In this document: one piece after another, positions 13,801-26,100 of the stretch
How positions within the stretch are numbered: position 1 is the first letter of the stretch
Layout of the letters: every line of letters starts with the position of its first letter
Assembly (NCBI GenBank): GCA_965235115.1
Contig: OZ249436.1
Coordinates: forward strand, 24,554,001-24,618,000
Source of the DNA: Laetmonice hystrix
Taxonomy: Eukaryota
DNA length: 64,000 bases
Direction: 5' to 3'
Position numbers and translations under genes: made by a program
The notes under the pieces: generated by a model
The model's database searches: none
Seen by the model: only the letters and a program-made list of their open reading frames with translations
What the model was told of the DNA's origin: nothing

Positions 13801-16800
13801 TGTAATTATCTTTAATTAATGGGCTCCGCAGCACCAACCCACTGCATTAACATTTGTTTAACAGCTTAACGCACCTTGTAAAAAAATTTTCAAGTGCGTA
13901 AAAATGCGTGTCCACCTCCACATACTTTAAAAATCACTATACCCACCCAGCGACATTCACTCTAATACACGCCTAAGAGGAACTTCACTGTCCCATTTGA
14001 TTCTCCAGCACGTATAGGATGTTTCAAGTAACATTCATCCACGGTCTGGCCCAATAACGTGCAACAAGGCATAGTAAGTCAATGCGAGCTCGCATGTCAA
14101 ACCTAACCCGCCCCCCAGCACATGAGCTGAAAATATTCAAATAGCTTGAAAACTAGAATATAGCTTTGCTTAATACCATTATACCATCAACTCGCATTAC
14201 AGGCCTAATGCGAAGCTCCCAGCCTAAAACGAGTTTCCAATTAATTTAAAGTTAACAAGATGCACTAATAATCGATTCCAAGCCTAATTAGGCCATTGCT
14301 AGTTGGATAACCAAATCTCATACAAAATACACCCTCCCGGCAGATGACCTGAGAATATTCAACTCTTATGTCCGATATATCCCTGTCCGCTTTGTAGCAC
14401 CCAGCCGGGCCCCCATTTTGACATTGCAACACCAATACAGCAAGTGCCCAGCTAACAGCACAAATAACAGGATTCAGGGCTTCCTACCACGTTACAAGTC
14501 ACAATAGATTGCTGCCTGTCGTAAAAATATACCAGACCATTTTAAAAAGTCACAGAACCCCAATCCGGCCCTAATATGTCACTCCCAGTACCAATAGACG
14601 CTGGAAGCACCATCAACTGAAATTCAGGCCTAGAACCCACCTCTCTCTACCAATATCATGCACCTAGTCCGTATACGAGGTTGTAATTTACTTTAATCAA
14701 CGGGCTGCGCCGCAGCAACCCACTCTGGTCTTTGCAATCTTTTTCAATATGCGTTAACATTTGTGACCAGCTCAACGCGCCTTGTAAAATTTTTCAAAGT
14801 GCGTAAAAGTGTGTGTCCACCCCGACACGCTTTCCAAACCACTATACCCACCGAGCGACATCCACTCAAATACAGGCTTCGACCGATCCTCACTGTGCCA
14901 ATAATCCGCCACAAGGCAAATTCAGTCAATGCAAGCTGGAAAATCGAATGTCAAACCTAATGCTCCCCCCCCCCAGCACGTTAACTGAAAAAAATCAACT
15001 AGCTTGAAAACTAGAATATAGCTTTGTTTAGCTAACAATCTACTCTCCCAGCGCCATCAACTCGCATACAGGCGTAAAAGCAAACGCACTGCCCCATATA
15101 ATGCTCCCAGCCTAAGACGATGTTGCAATTAATTTAAGATTAACAAGATGCACTAGTAATCCGATCCAAGCCTAATTACGTCATTGCTAGTTTAATAACC
15201 AAATCTCACAGAAAATACCCCACCCGCGCACATAACCTGAAAATATTTAACTTTTATCTCCAATGTATCCCTGTGCACCTAGTAGCACACAAGCGGGCCC
15301 AATTTTGACATCCCAACACAAATACCGCAAATACCCGCCTAATGGCACAAAAAACTTTCTACCCCGTTGCAAGTCACATTAGCGTGCTGCTTGTCGTAAA
15401 AAATGGTGCAGACCATTTCTAAAGTCACAGTACCCCACTCCCGGCCTAATATTACGTTTCAGTATCCATATACGCTGCAAGCGGCAGGAACTCGAATACA
15501 GGCCTAAAAGTAACCTCAGTCTAGCAATATCATACTCCCATGCCATATACGAGCTTGTAATTATCTTTAATTAATGGGCTCCGCAGCACCAACCCACTGC
15601 ATTAACATTTGTTTAACAGCTTAACGCACCTTGTAAAATTTTTTCAAGTGCGTAAAAATGCGTGTCCACCTCCACATACTTTAAAAATCACTATACCCAC
15701 CCAGCGACATCCACTCTAATACACGCCTAAAAGGAACTTCACTGTCCCATTTGATTCTCCAGCACGTATAGGATGTTTCAAGTAACATTCATCCACGGTC
15801 TGGCCCAATAACGTGCAGCAAGGCATAGTAAGTCAATGCGAGCTCGCATGTCAAACCTAACCCGCCCCCAAGCACATGAGCTGAAAATATTCAAATAGCT
15901 TGAAAACTAGAATATAGCTTTGCTTAATACCATTATACCATCAACTCGCATTACAGGCCTAATGCGAAGCTCCCAGCCTAAAACGAGTTTCCAATTAATT
16001 TAAAGTTAACAAGATGCACTAATAATCGATTCCAAGCCTAATTAGGCCATTGCTAGTTGGATAACCAAATCTCATACAAAATACACCCTCCCGGCAGATG
16101 ACCTGAGAATATTCAACTCTTATGTCCGATATATCCCTGTCCGCTTTGTAGCACCCAGCCGGGCCCCCATTTTGACATTGCAACACCAATACAGCAAGTG
16201 CCCAGCTAACAGCACAAATAACAGGATTCAGGGTTTCCTACCACGTTACAAGTCACAATAGATTGCTGCCTGTCGTAAAAATATACCAGACCATTTTAAA
16301 AAGTCACAGAACCCCAATCCGGCCCTAATATGTCACTCCCAGTACCAATACACTCTGGAAGCACCATCAACTGAAATTCAGGCCTAGAACCCACCTCTCT
16401 CTACCAATATCATGCACCTAGTCCGTATACGAGGTTGTAATTTACTTTAATCAACGGGCTGCGCCGCAGCAACCCACTCTGGTCTTTGCAATCTTTTTCA
16501 ATATGCGTTAACATTTGTAACCAGCTCAACGCGCCTTGTAAAATTTTTCAAAGTGCGTAAAAGTGTGTGTCCACCCCGACACGCTTTCCAAACCACTATA
16601 CCCACCGAGCGACATCCACTCAAATACAGGCTTCGACCGATCCTCACTGTGCCAATAATCCGCCACAAGGCAAATTCAGTCAATGCAAGCTGGAAAATCG
16701 AATGTCAAACCTAATACTCCCCCCCCCCAGCACGTTAACTGAAAATAATCAACTAGCTTGAAAACTAGAATATAGCTTTGTTTAGCTAACAATCTACTCT

Positions 16801-19800
16801 CCCAGCGCCATCAACTCGCATACAGGCGTAAAAGCAAACGCACTGCCCCATATAATGCTCCCAGCCTAAAACGATGTTGCAATTAATTTAAAATTAACAA
16901 GATGCACTAGTAATCCGATCCAAGCTTAATTACGTCATTGCTAGTTTCATAACCAAATCTCACAGAAAATACCCCACCCGCGCACATAACCTGAAAATAT
17001 TCAACTTTTATCTCCAATGTATCCCTGTGCACCTAGTAGCACCCAAGCGGGCCCAATTTTGACATCCCAACACAAATACCGCAAATACCCGCCTAATGGC
17101 ACAAAAAACTTTCTACCCCGTTGCAAGTCACATTAGCGTGCTGCTTGTCGTAAAAAATGGTGCAGACCATTTCTAAAGTCACAGTACCCCACTCCCGGCC
17201 TAATATTACGTTTCAGTATCCATATACGCTGCAAGCGGCAGGAACTCGAATACAGGCCTAAAAGTAACCTCAGTCTAGCAATATCATACTCCCATGCCAT
17301 ATACGAGCTTGTAATTATCTTTAATTAATGGGCTCCGCAGCACCAACCCACTGCATTAACATTTGTTTCACAGCTTAACACACCTTGTAAAATTTTTTCA
17401 AGTGCGTAAAAATGCGTGTCCACCTCCACATACTTTAAAAATCACTATACCCACCCAGCGACATCCACTCTAATACACGCCTAAAAGGAACTTCACTGTC
17501 CCATTTGATTCTCCAGCACGTATAGGATGTTTCAAGTAACATTCATCCACGGTCTGGCCCAATAACGTGCAACAAGGCATAGTAAGTCAATGCGAGCTCG
17601 CATGTCAAACCTAACCCGCCCCCAAGCACATGAGCTGAAAATATTCAAATAGCTTGAAAACTAGAATATAGCTTTGCTTAATACCATTATACCATCAACT
17701 CGCATTACAGGCCTAATGCGAAGCTCCCAGCCTAAAACGAGTTTCCAATTAATTTAAAGTTAACAAGATGCACTAATAATCGATTCCAAGCCTAATTAGG
17801 CCATTGCTAGTTGGATAACCAAATCTCATACAAAATACACCCTCCCGGCAGATGACCTGAGAATATTCAACTCTTATGTCCGATATATCCCTGTCCGCTT
17901 AGTAGCACCCAGCCGGGCCCCCATTTTGACATTGCAACCCCAATACAGCAAGTGCCCAGCTAACAGCACAAATAACAGGATTCAGGGCTTCCTACCACGT
18001 TACAAGTCACAATAGATTGCTGCCTGTCGTAAAAATATACCAGACCATTTTAAAAAGTCACAGAACCCCAATCCGGCCCTAATATGTCACTCCCAGTACC
18101 AATAGACGCTGGAAGCACCATCAACTGAAATTCAGGCCTAGAACCCACCTCTCTCTACCAATATCATGCACCTAGTCCGTATACGAGGTTGTAATTTCCT
18201 TTAATCAACGGGCTGCGCCGCAGCAACCCACTCTGGTCTTTGCAATCTTTTTCAATATGCGTTAACATTTGTGACCAGCTCAACGCGCCTTGTAAAATTT
18301 TTCAAAGTGCGTAAAAGTGTGTGTCCACCCCGACACGCTTTCCAAACCACTATACCCACCGAGCGACATCCACTCAAATACAGGCTTCGACCGATCCTCA
18401 CTGTGCCAATAATCCGCCACAAGGCAAATTCAGTCAATGCAAGCTGGAAAATCGAATGTCAAACCTAATGCTCCCCCCCCAGCACGTTAACTGAAAAAAA
18501 TCAACTAGCTTGAAAACTAGAATATAGCTTTGTTTAGCTAACAATCTACTCTCCCAGCGCCATCAACTCGCATACAGGCGTAAAAGCAAACGCACTGCCC
18601 CATATAATGCTCCCAGCCTAAGACGATGTTGCAATTAATTTAAGATTAACAAGATGCACTAGTAATCCGATCCAAGCCTAATTACGTCATTGCTAGTTTC
18701 ATAACCAAATCTCACAGAAAATACCCCACCCGCGCACATAACCTGAAAATATTCAACTTTTATCTCCAATGTATCCCTGTGCACCTAGTAGCACCCAAGC
18801 GGGCCCAATTTTGACATTCCAACACAAATACCGCAAATACCCGCCTAATGGCACAAAAAACTTTCTACCCCGTTGCAAGTCACATTAGCTTGCTGCTTGT
18901 CGTAAAAAATGGTGCAGACCATTTCTAAAGTCACAGTACCCCACTCCCGGCCTAATATTACGTTTCAGTATCCATATACGCTGCAAGCGGCAGGAACTCG
19001 AATACAGGCCTAAAAGTAACCCCAGTCTAGCAATATCATACTCTCATGCCATATACGAGCTTGTAATTATCTTTAATTAATGGGCTCCGCAGCACCAACC
19101 CACTGCATTAACATTTGTTTAACAGCTTAACGCACCTTGTAAAAAATTTTCAAGTGCGTAAAAATGCGTGTCCACCTCCACATACTTTAAACATCACTAT
19201 ACCCACCCAGCGACATTCACTCTAATACACGCCTAAGAGGAACTTCACTGTCCCATTTGATTCTCCAGCACGTATAGGATGTTTCAAGTAACATTTATCC
19301 ACGGTCTGGCCCAATAACGTGCAACAAGGCATAGTAAGTCAATGCGAGCTCGCATGTCAAACCTAACCCGCCCCCCAGCACATGAGCTGAAAATATTCAA
19401 ATAGCTTGAAAACTAGAATATAGCTTTGCTTAATACCATTATACCATCAACTCGCATTACAGGCCTAATGCGAAGCTCCCAGCCTAAAACGAGTTTCCAA
19501 TTAATTTAAAGTTAACAAGATGCACTAATAATCGATTCCAAGCCTAATTAGGCCATTGCTAGTTGGATAACCAAATCTCATACAAAATACACCCTCCCGG
19601 CAGATGACCTGAGAATATTCAACTCTTATGTCCGATATATCCCTGTCCGCTTAGTAGCACCCAGCCGGGCCCCCATTTTGACATTGCAACACCAATACAG
19701 CAAGTGCCCAGCTAACAGCACAAATAACAGGATTCAGGGCTTCCTACCACGTTACAAGTCACAATAGATTGCTGCCTGTCGTAAAAATATACCAGACCAT

Positions 19801-22043
19801 TTTAAAAAGTCACAGAACCCCAATCCGGCCCTAATATGTCACTCCCAGTACCAATAGACGCTGGAAGCACCATCAACTGAAATTCAGGCCTAGAACCCAC
19901 CTCTCTCTACCAATATCATGCACCTAGTCCGTATACGAGGTTGTAATTTCCTTTAATCAACGGGCTGCGCCGCAGCAACCCACTCTGGTCTTTGCAATCT
20001 TTTTCAATATGCGTTAACATTTGTGACCAGCTCAACGCGCCTTGTAAAATTTTTCAAAGTGCGTAAAAGTGTGTGTCCACCCCGACACGCTTTCCAAACC
20101 ACTATACCCACCGAGCGACATCCACTCAAATACAGGCTTCGACCGATCCTCACTGTGCCAATAATCCGCCACAAGGCAAATTCAGTCAATGCAAGCTGGA
20201 AAATCGAATGTCAAACCTAATGCTCCCCCCCCAGCACGTTAACTGAAAAAAATCAACTAGCTTGAAAACTAGAATATAGCTTTGTTTAGCTAACAATCTA
20301 CTCTCCCAGCGCCATCAACTCGCATACAGGCGTAAAAGCAAACGCACTGCCCCATATAATGCTCCCAGCATAAAACGATGTTGCAATTAATTTAAAATTA
20401 ACAAGATGCACTAGTAATCCGATCCAAGCCTAATTACGTCATTGCTAGTTTCATAACCAAATCTCACAGAAAATACCCCACCCGCGCACATAACCTGAAA
20501 ATATTCAACTTTTATCTCCAATGTATCCCTGTGCACCTAGTAGCACCCAAGCGGGCCCAATTTTGACATTCCAACACAAATACCGCAAATACCCGCCTAA
20601 TGGCACAAAAAACTTTCTACCCCGTTGCAAGTCACATTAGCTTGCTGCTTGTCGTAAAAAATGGTGCAGACCATTTCTAAAGTCACAGTACCCCACTCCC
20701 GGCCTAATATTACGTTTCAGTATCCATATACGCTGCAAGCGGCAGAAACTCGAATACAGGCCTAAAAGTAACCCCAGTCTAGCAATATCATACTCTCATG
20801 CCATATACGAGCTTGTAATTATCTTTAATTAATGGGCTCCGCAGCACCAACCCACTGCATTAACATTTGTTTAACAGCTTAACGCACCTTGTAAAAAAAT
20901 TTTCAAGTGCGTAAAAATGCGTGTCCACCTCCACATACTTTAAAAATCACTATACCCACCCAGCGACATTCACTCTAATACACGCCTAAGAGGAACTTCA
21001 CTGTCCCATTTGATTCTCCAGCACGTATAGGATGTTTCAAGTAACATTTATCCACGGTCTGGCCCAATAACGTGCAACAAGGCATAGTAAGTCAATGCGA
21101 GCTCGCATGTCAAACCTAACCCGCCCCCCAGCACATGAGCTGAAAATATTCAAATAGCTTGAAAACTAGAATATAGCTTTGCTCAATACCATTATACCAT
21201 CAACTCGCATTACAGGCCTAATGCGAAGCTCCCAGCCTAAAACGAGTTTCCAATTAATTTAAAGTTAACAAGATGCACTAATAATCGATTCCAAGCCTAA
21301 TTAGGCCATTGCTAGTTGGATAACCAAATCTCATACAAAATACACCCTCCCGGCAGATGACCTGAGAATATTCAACTCTTATGTCCGATATATCCCTGTC
21401 CGCTTAGTAGCACCCAGCCGGGCCCCCATTTTGACATTGCAACACCAATACAGCAAGTGCCCAGCTAACAGCACAAATAACAGGATTCAGGGCTTCCTAC
21501 CACGTTACAAGTCACAATAGATTGCTGCCTGTCGTAAAAATATACCAGACCATTTTAAAAAGTCACAGAACCCCAATCCGGCCCTAATATGTCACTCCCA
21601 GTACCAATACACGCTGGAAGCACCATCAACTGAAATTCAGGCCTAGAACCCACCTCTCTCTACCAATATCATGCACCTAGTCCGTATACGAGGTTGTAAT
21701 TTACTTTAATCAACGGGCTGCGCCGCAGCAACCCACTCTGGTCTTTGCAATCTTTTTCAATATGCGTTAACATTTGTAACCAGCTCAACGCGCCTTGTAA
21801 AATTTTTCAAAGTGCGTAAAAGTGTGTGTCCACCCCGACACGCTTTCCAAACCACTATACCCACCGAGCGACATCCACTCAAATACAGGCTTCGACCGAT
21901 CCTCACTGTGCCAATAATCCGCCACAAGGCAAATTCAGTCAATGCAAGCTGGAAAATCGAATGTCAAACCTAATGCTCCCCCCCCCCAGCACGTTAACTG
22001 AAAATAATCAACTAGCTTGAAAACTAGAATATAGCTTTGTTAA

Positions 22044-23172
22044 AGCCAAATGCAACAATCCAGCTACCTTATACCTTCCCATATGCCTTATACAATAAAG
22101 AATAACATCAGCAATAAATGCAGGTCAATAGGTTTTACATAAACGAGAATGCCAACCTTAAACTACGAGTACCGTACCTCTAGCCGAGAAATGAACTCGG
22201 CGCCATTTTACATCACATTATCACATGGGAGATTGATTTAGCCAATCAAAAACAGTCAGGTCACCCGGAAGTGTGACGTCGCCAGAGCCGCGAGTTTCCA
22301 CCAGCTGTCAGATCGGGTGAGGATACAAGGTAGTCAGAGAGTCTAGACTGAGAGCTGCGAGTAAGATTATCCGTGTCATAGTACTAGGAGACCGATCAGC
22401 AGGTCTAACCACACCACTGACTTGGTGCTGATCCTTCGTGAAGATATGCCTGGGTGTGCTAGCTGAACGGTAGCCCGACGCTTTGACAGTGGCAGTGCAC
22501 GCCATGTCCCCGGCCGTAGACTGCCGTAGTCTGTCACTACTGTCAGACTCCATCCATGACCCAACCAGTGTACATTTCATTCTCTAGTTGACAATTCTCC
22601 GTATAAATAATAGCTTTCAGCCACCATTTCATGCGTTGGAGGGTATTGCGACGAATTTCTGTTCGTTTAAGCGCCCGGTAAGAGATTTTTCAATACGTTG
22701 TCGATCGACCAAATTGGCATGTCTGGCCCCGTCCAACCACCAGTGCACGCCCGTCGGGAGCACCGTGCTGCCCCGTTGTTGACTTCCCCACCTGACTCGG
22801 GTGTCGGGGTGAGTGAGGCATGGAGCCTGGGACAGGGCACGCATGAAGGGGACATGAAGTCATGTAATCGACATGGGCCGAGATAACCATGGTCCGAGTT
22901 CACCAGTAACCATTATTGTACATAGTGTCCGTGAAGATGGTTGACCAACACAGTGATGGGGGAATGGGGTAGGCTCTAGGGACGCCATTTTTTAAGGTCT
23001 CACGGCAGTGAATTTCGGCAAGATGGACGCCGTGAGCAAACGGGCAACTGTCAGTTTCTATCGGGGATTACTTTTAACACACAGACTTTGTGGGAATTAG
23101 ATGGTGGCAGGTAAAAGGCACTATACCATGGTTATCCATGGGCCCTATTGCTAGTGGCGGTTTCGGATCGCT
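22044..23172. mobile_element. Non-autonomous TTAA-targeting DNA transposon, 1,129 bp (Kolobok-like ends), copy 1
   Basis: Empty site is ctttg-TTAA-gctaac; filled site is ctttg-TTAA(22040-22043)-AGCCAAATGC...CGGATCGCT-TTAA(23173-23176)-gctaac. Unit spacing rises by exactly 1133 bp. No credible ORF. Family assignment is inferred from the TTAA duplication and RR...YY ends. Confidence 0.85.
22199..22280 (+). promoter_or_regulatory. Putative Pol II promoter motif cluster inside the element (YY1-like, CCAAT, ETS, CRE-like); present in all four copies
   Basis: ggcgccatttt (22199-22209), agccaatca (22240-22248), ccggaagtg (22265-22273) and tgacgtc (22274-22280) lie within 82 bp. Motif matches only, with no functional evidence. 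Confidence 0.45.
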
Positions 23173-26100
23173 TTAAGCTAACAATCTACTCTCCCAGCGC
23201 CATCAACTCGCATACAGGCGTAAAAGCAAACGCACTGCCCCATATAATGCTCCCAGCCTAAAACGATGTTGCAATTAATTTAAAATTAACAAGATGCACT
23301 AGTAATCCGATCCAAGCCTAATTACGTCATTGCCAGTTTCATAACCAAATCTCACAGAAAATACCCCACCCGCGCACATAACCTGAAAATATTCAACTTT
23401 TATCTCCAATGTATCCCTGTGCACCTAGTAGCACCCAAGCGGGCCCAATTTTGACATTCCAACACAAATACCGCAAATACCCGCCTAATGGCACAAAAAA
23501 CTTTCTACCCCGTTGCAAGTCACATTAGCTTGCTGCTTGTCGTAAAAAATGGTGCAGACCATTTCTAAAGTCACAGTACCCCACTCCCGGCCTAATATTA
23601 CGTTTCAGTATCCATATACGCTGCAAGCGGCAGGAACTCGAATACAGGCCTAAAAGTAACCCCAGTCTAGCAATATCATACTCTCATGCCATATACGAGC
23701 TTGTAATTATCTTTAATTAATGGGCTCCGCAGCACCAACCCACTGCATTAACATTTGTTTAACAGCTTAACGCACCTTGTAAAAAATTTTCAAGTGCGTA
23801 AAAATGCGTGTCCACCTCCACATACTTTAAAAATCACTATACCCACCCAGCGACATTCACTCTAATACACGCCTAAGAGGAACTTCACTGTCCCATTTGA
23901 TTCTCCAGCACGTATAGGATGTTTCAAGTAACATTTATCCACGGTCTGGCCCAATAACGTGCAACAAGGCATAGTAAGTCAATGCGACCTCGCATGTCAA
24001 ACCTAACCCGCCCCCCAGCACATGAGCTCGAGATATTCAAATAGCTTGAAAACTAGAATATAGCTTTGCTTAATACCATTATACCATCAACTCGCATTAC
24101 AGGCCTAATGCGAAGCTCCCAGCCTAAAACGAGTTTCCAATTAATTTAAAGTTAACAAGATGCACTAATAATCGATTCCAAGCCTAATTAGGCCATTGCT
24201 AGTTGGATAACCAAATCTCATACAAAATACACCCTCCCGGCAGATGACCTGAGAATATTCAACTCTTATGTCCGATATATCCCTGTCCGCTTAGTAGCAC
24301 CCAGCCGGGCCCCCATTTTGACATTGCAACACCAATACAGCAAGTGCCCAGCTAACAGCACAAATAACAGGATTCAGGGCTTCCTACCACGTTACAAGTC
24401 ACAATAGATTGCTGCCTGTCGTAAAAATATACCAGACCATTTTAAAAAGTCACAGAACCCCAATCCGGCCCTAATATGTCACTCCCAGTACCAATACACT
24501 CTGGAAGCACCATCAACTGAAATTCAGGCCTAGAACCCACCTCTCTCTACCAATATCATGCACCTAGTCCGTATACGAGGTTGTAATTTACTTTAATCAA
24601 CGGGCTGCGCCGCAGCAACCCACTCTGGTCTTTGCAATCTTTTTCAATATGCGTTAACATTTGTAACCAGCTCAACGCGCCTTGTAAAATTTTTCAAAGT
24701 GCGTAAAAGTGTGTGTCCACCCCGACACGCTTTCCAAACCACTATACCCACCGAGCGACATCCACTCAAATACAGGCTTCGACCGATCCTCACTGTGCCA
24801 ATAATCCGCCACAAGGCAAATTCAGTCAATGCAAGCTGGAAAATCGAATGTCAAACCTAATACTCCCCCCCCCCAGCACGTTAACTGAAAATAATCAACT
24901 AGCTTGAAAACTAGAATATAGCTTTGTTTAGCTAACAATCTACTCTCCCAGCGCCATCAACTCGCATACAGGCGTAAAAGCAAACGCACTGCCCCATATA
25001 ATGCTCCCAGCCTAAAACGATGTTGCAATTAATTTAAAATTAACAAGATGCACTAGTAATCCGATCCAAGCTTAATTACGTCATTGCTAGTTTCATAACC
25101 AAATCTCACAGAAAATACCCCACCCGGGCACATAACCTGAAAATATTCAACTTTTATCTCCAATGTATCCCTGTGCACCTAGTAGCACCCAAGCGGGCCC
25201 AATTTTGACATCCCAACACAAATACCGCAAATACCCGCCTAATGGCACAAAAAACTTTCTACCCCGTTGCAAGTCACATTAGCGTGCTGCTTGTCGTAAA
25301 AAATGGTGCAGACCATTTCTAAAGTCACAGTACCCCACTCCCGGCCTAATATTACGTTTCAGTATCCATATACGCTGCAAGCGGCAGGAACTCGAATACA
25401 GGCCTAAAAGTAACCTCAGTCTAGCAATATCATACTCCCATGCCATATACGAGCTTGTAATTATCTTTAATTAATGGGCTCCGCAGCACCAACCCACTGC
25501 ATTAACATTTGTTTAACAGCTTAACACACCTTGTAAAATTTTTTCAAGTGCGTAAAAATGCGTGTCCACCTCCACATACTTTAAAAATCACTATACCCAC
25601 CCAGCGACATCCACTCTAATACACGCCTAAAAGGAACTTCACTGTCCCATTTGATTCTCCAGCACGTATAGGATGTTTCAAGTAACATTCATCCACGGTC
25701 TGGCCCAATAACGTGCAACAAGGCATAGTAAGTCAATGCGAGCTCGCATGTCAAACCTAACCCGCCCCCAAGCACATGAGCTGAAAATATTCAAATAGCT
25801 TGAAAACTAGAATATAGCTTTGCTTAATACCATTATACCATCAACTCGCATTACAGGCCTAATGCGAAGCTCCCAGCCTAAAACGAGTTTCCAATTAATT
25901 TAAAGTTAACAAGATGCACTAATAATCGATTCCAAGCCTAATTAGGCCATTGCTAGTTGGATAACCAAATCTCATACAAAATACACCCTCCCGGCAGATG
26001 ACCTGAGAATATTCAACTCTTATGTCCGATATATCCCTGTCCGCTTAGTAGCACCCAGCCGGGCCCCCATTTTGACATTGCAACACCAATACAGCAAGTG

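Noticed and set aside
22308..22903. 62-90 aa ORFs inside the element as a possible transposase or THAP remnant
   Set aside because: No DDE, tyrosine-recombinase or RT motifs recognised; a CxxxxC (SCVGGYC near 22629-22649) is followed by a stop within a few codons.
22044..23172. piggyBac, solo LTR or SINE identity for the insertion
   Set aside because: Ends are AG...CT rather than CC...GG (piggyBac) or TG...CA (LTR); no poly-A or simple-repeat tail and no Pol III A/B boxes seen.
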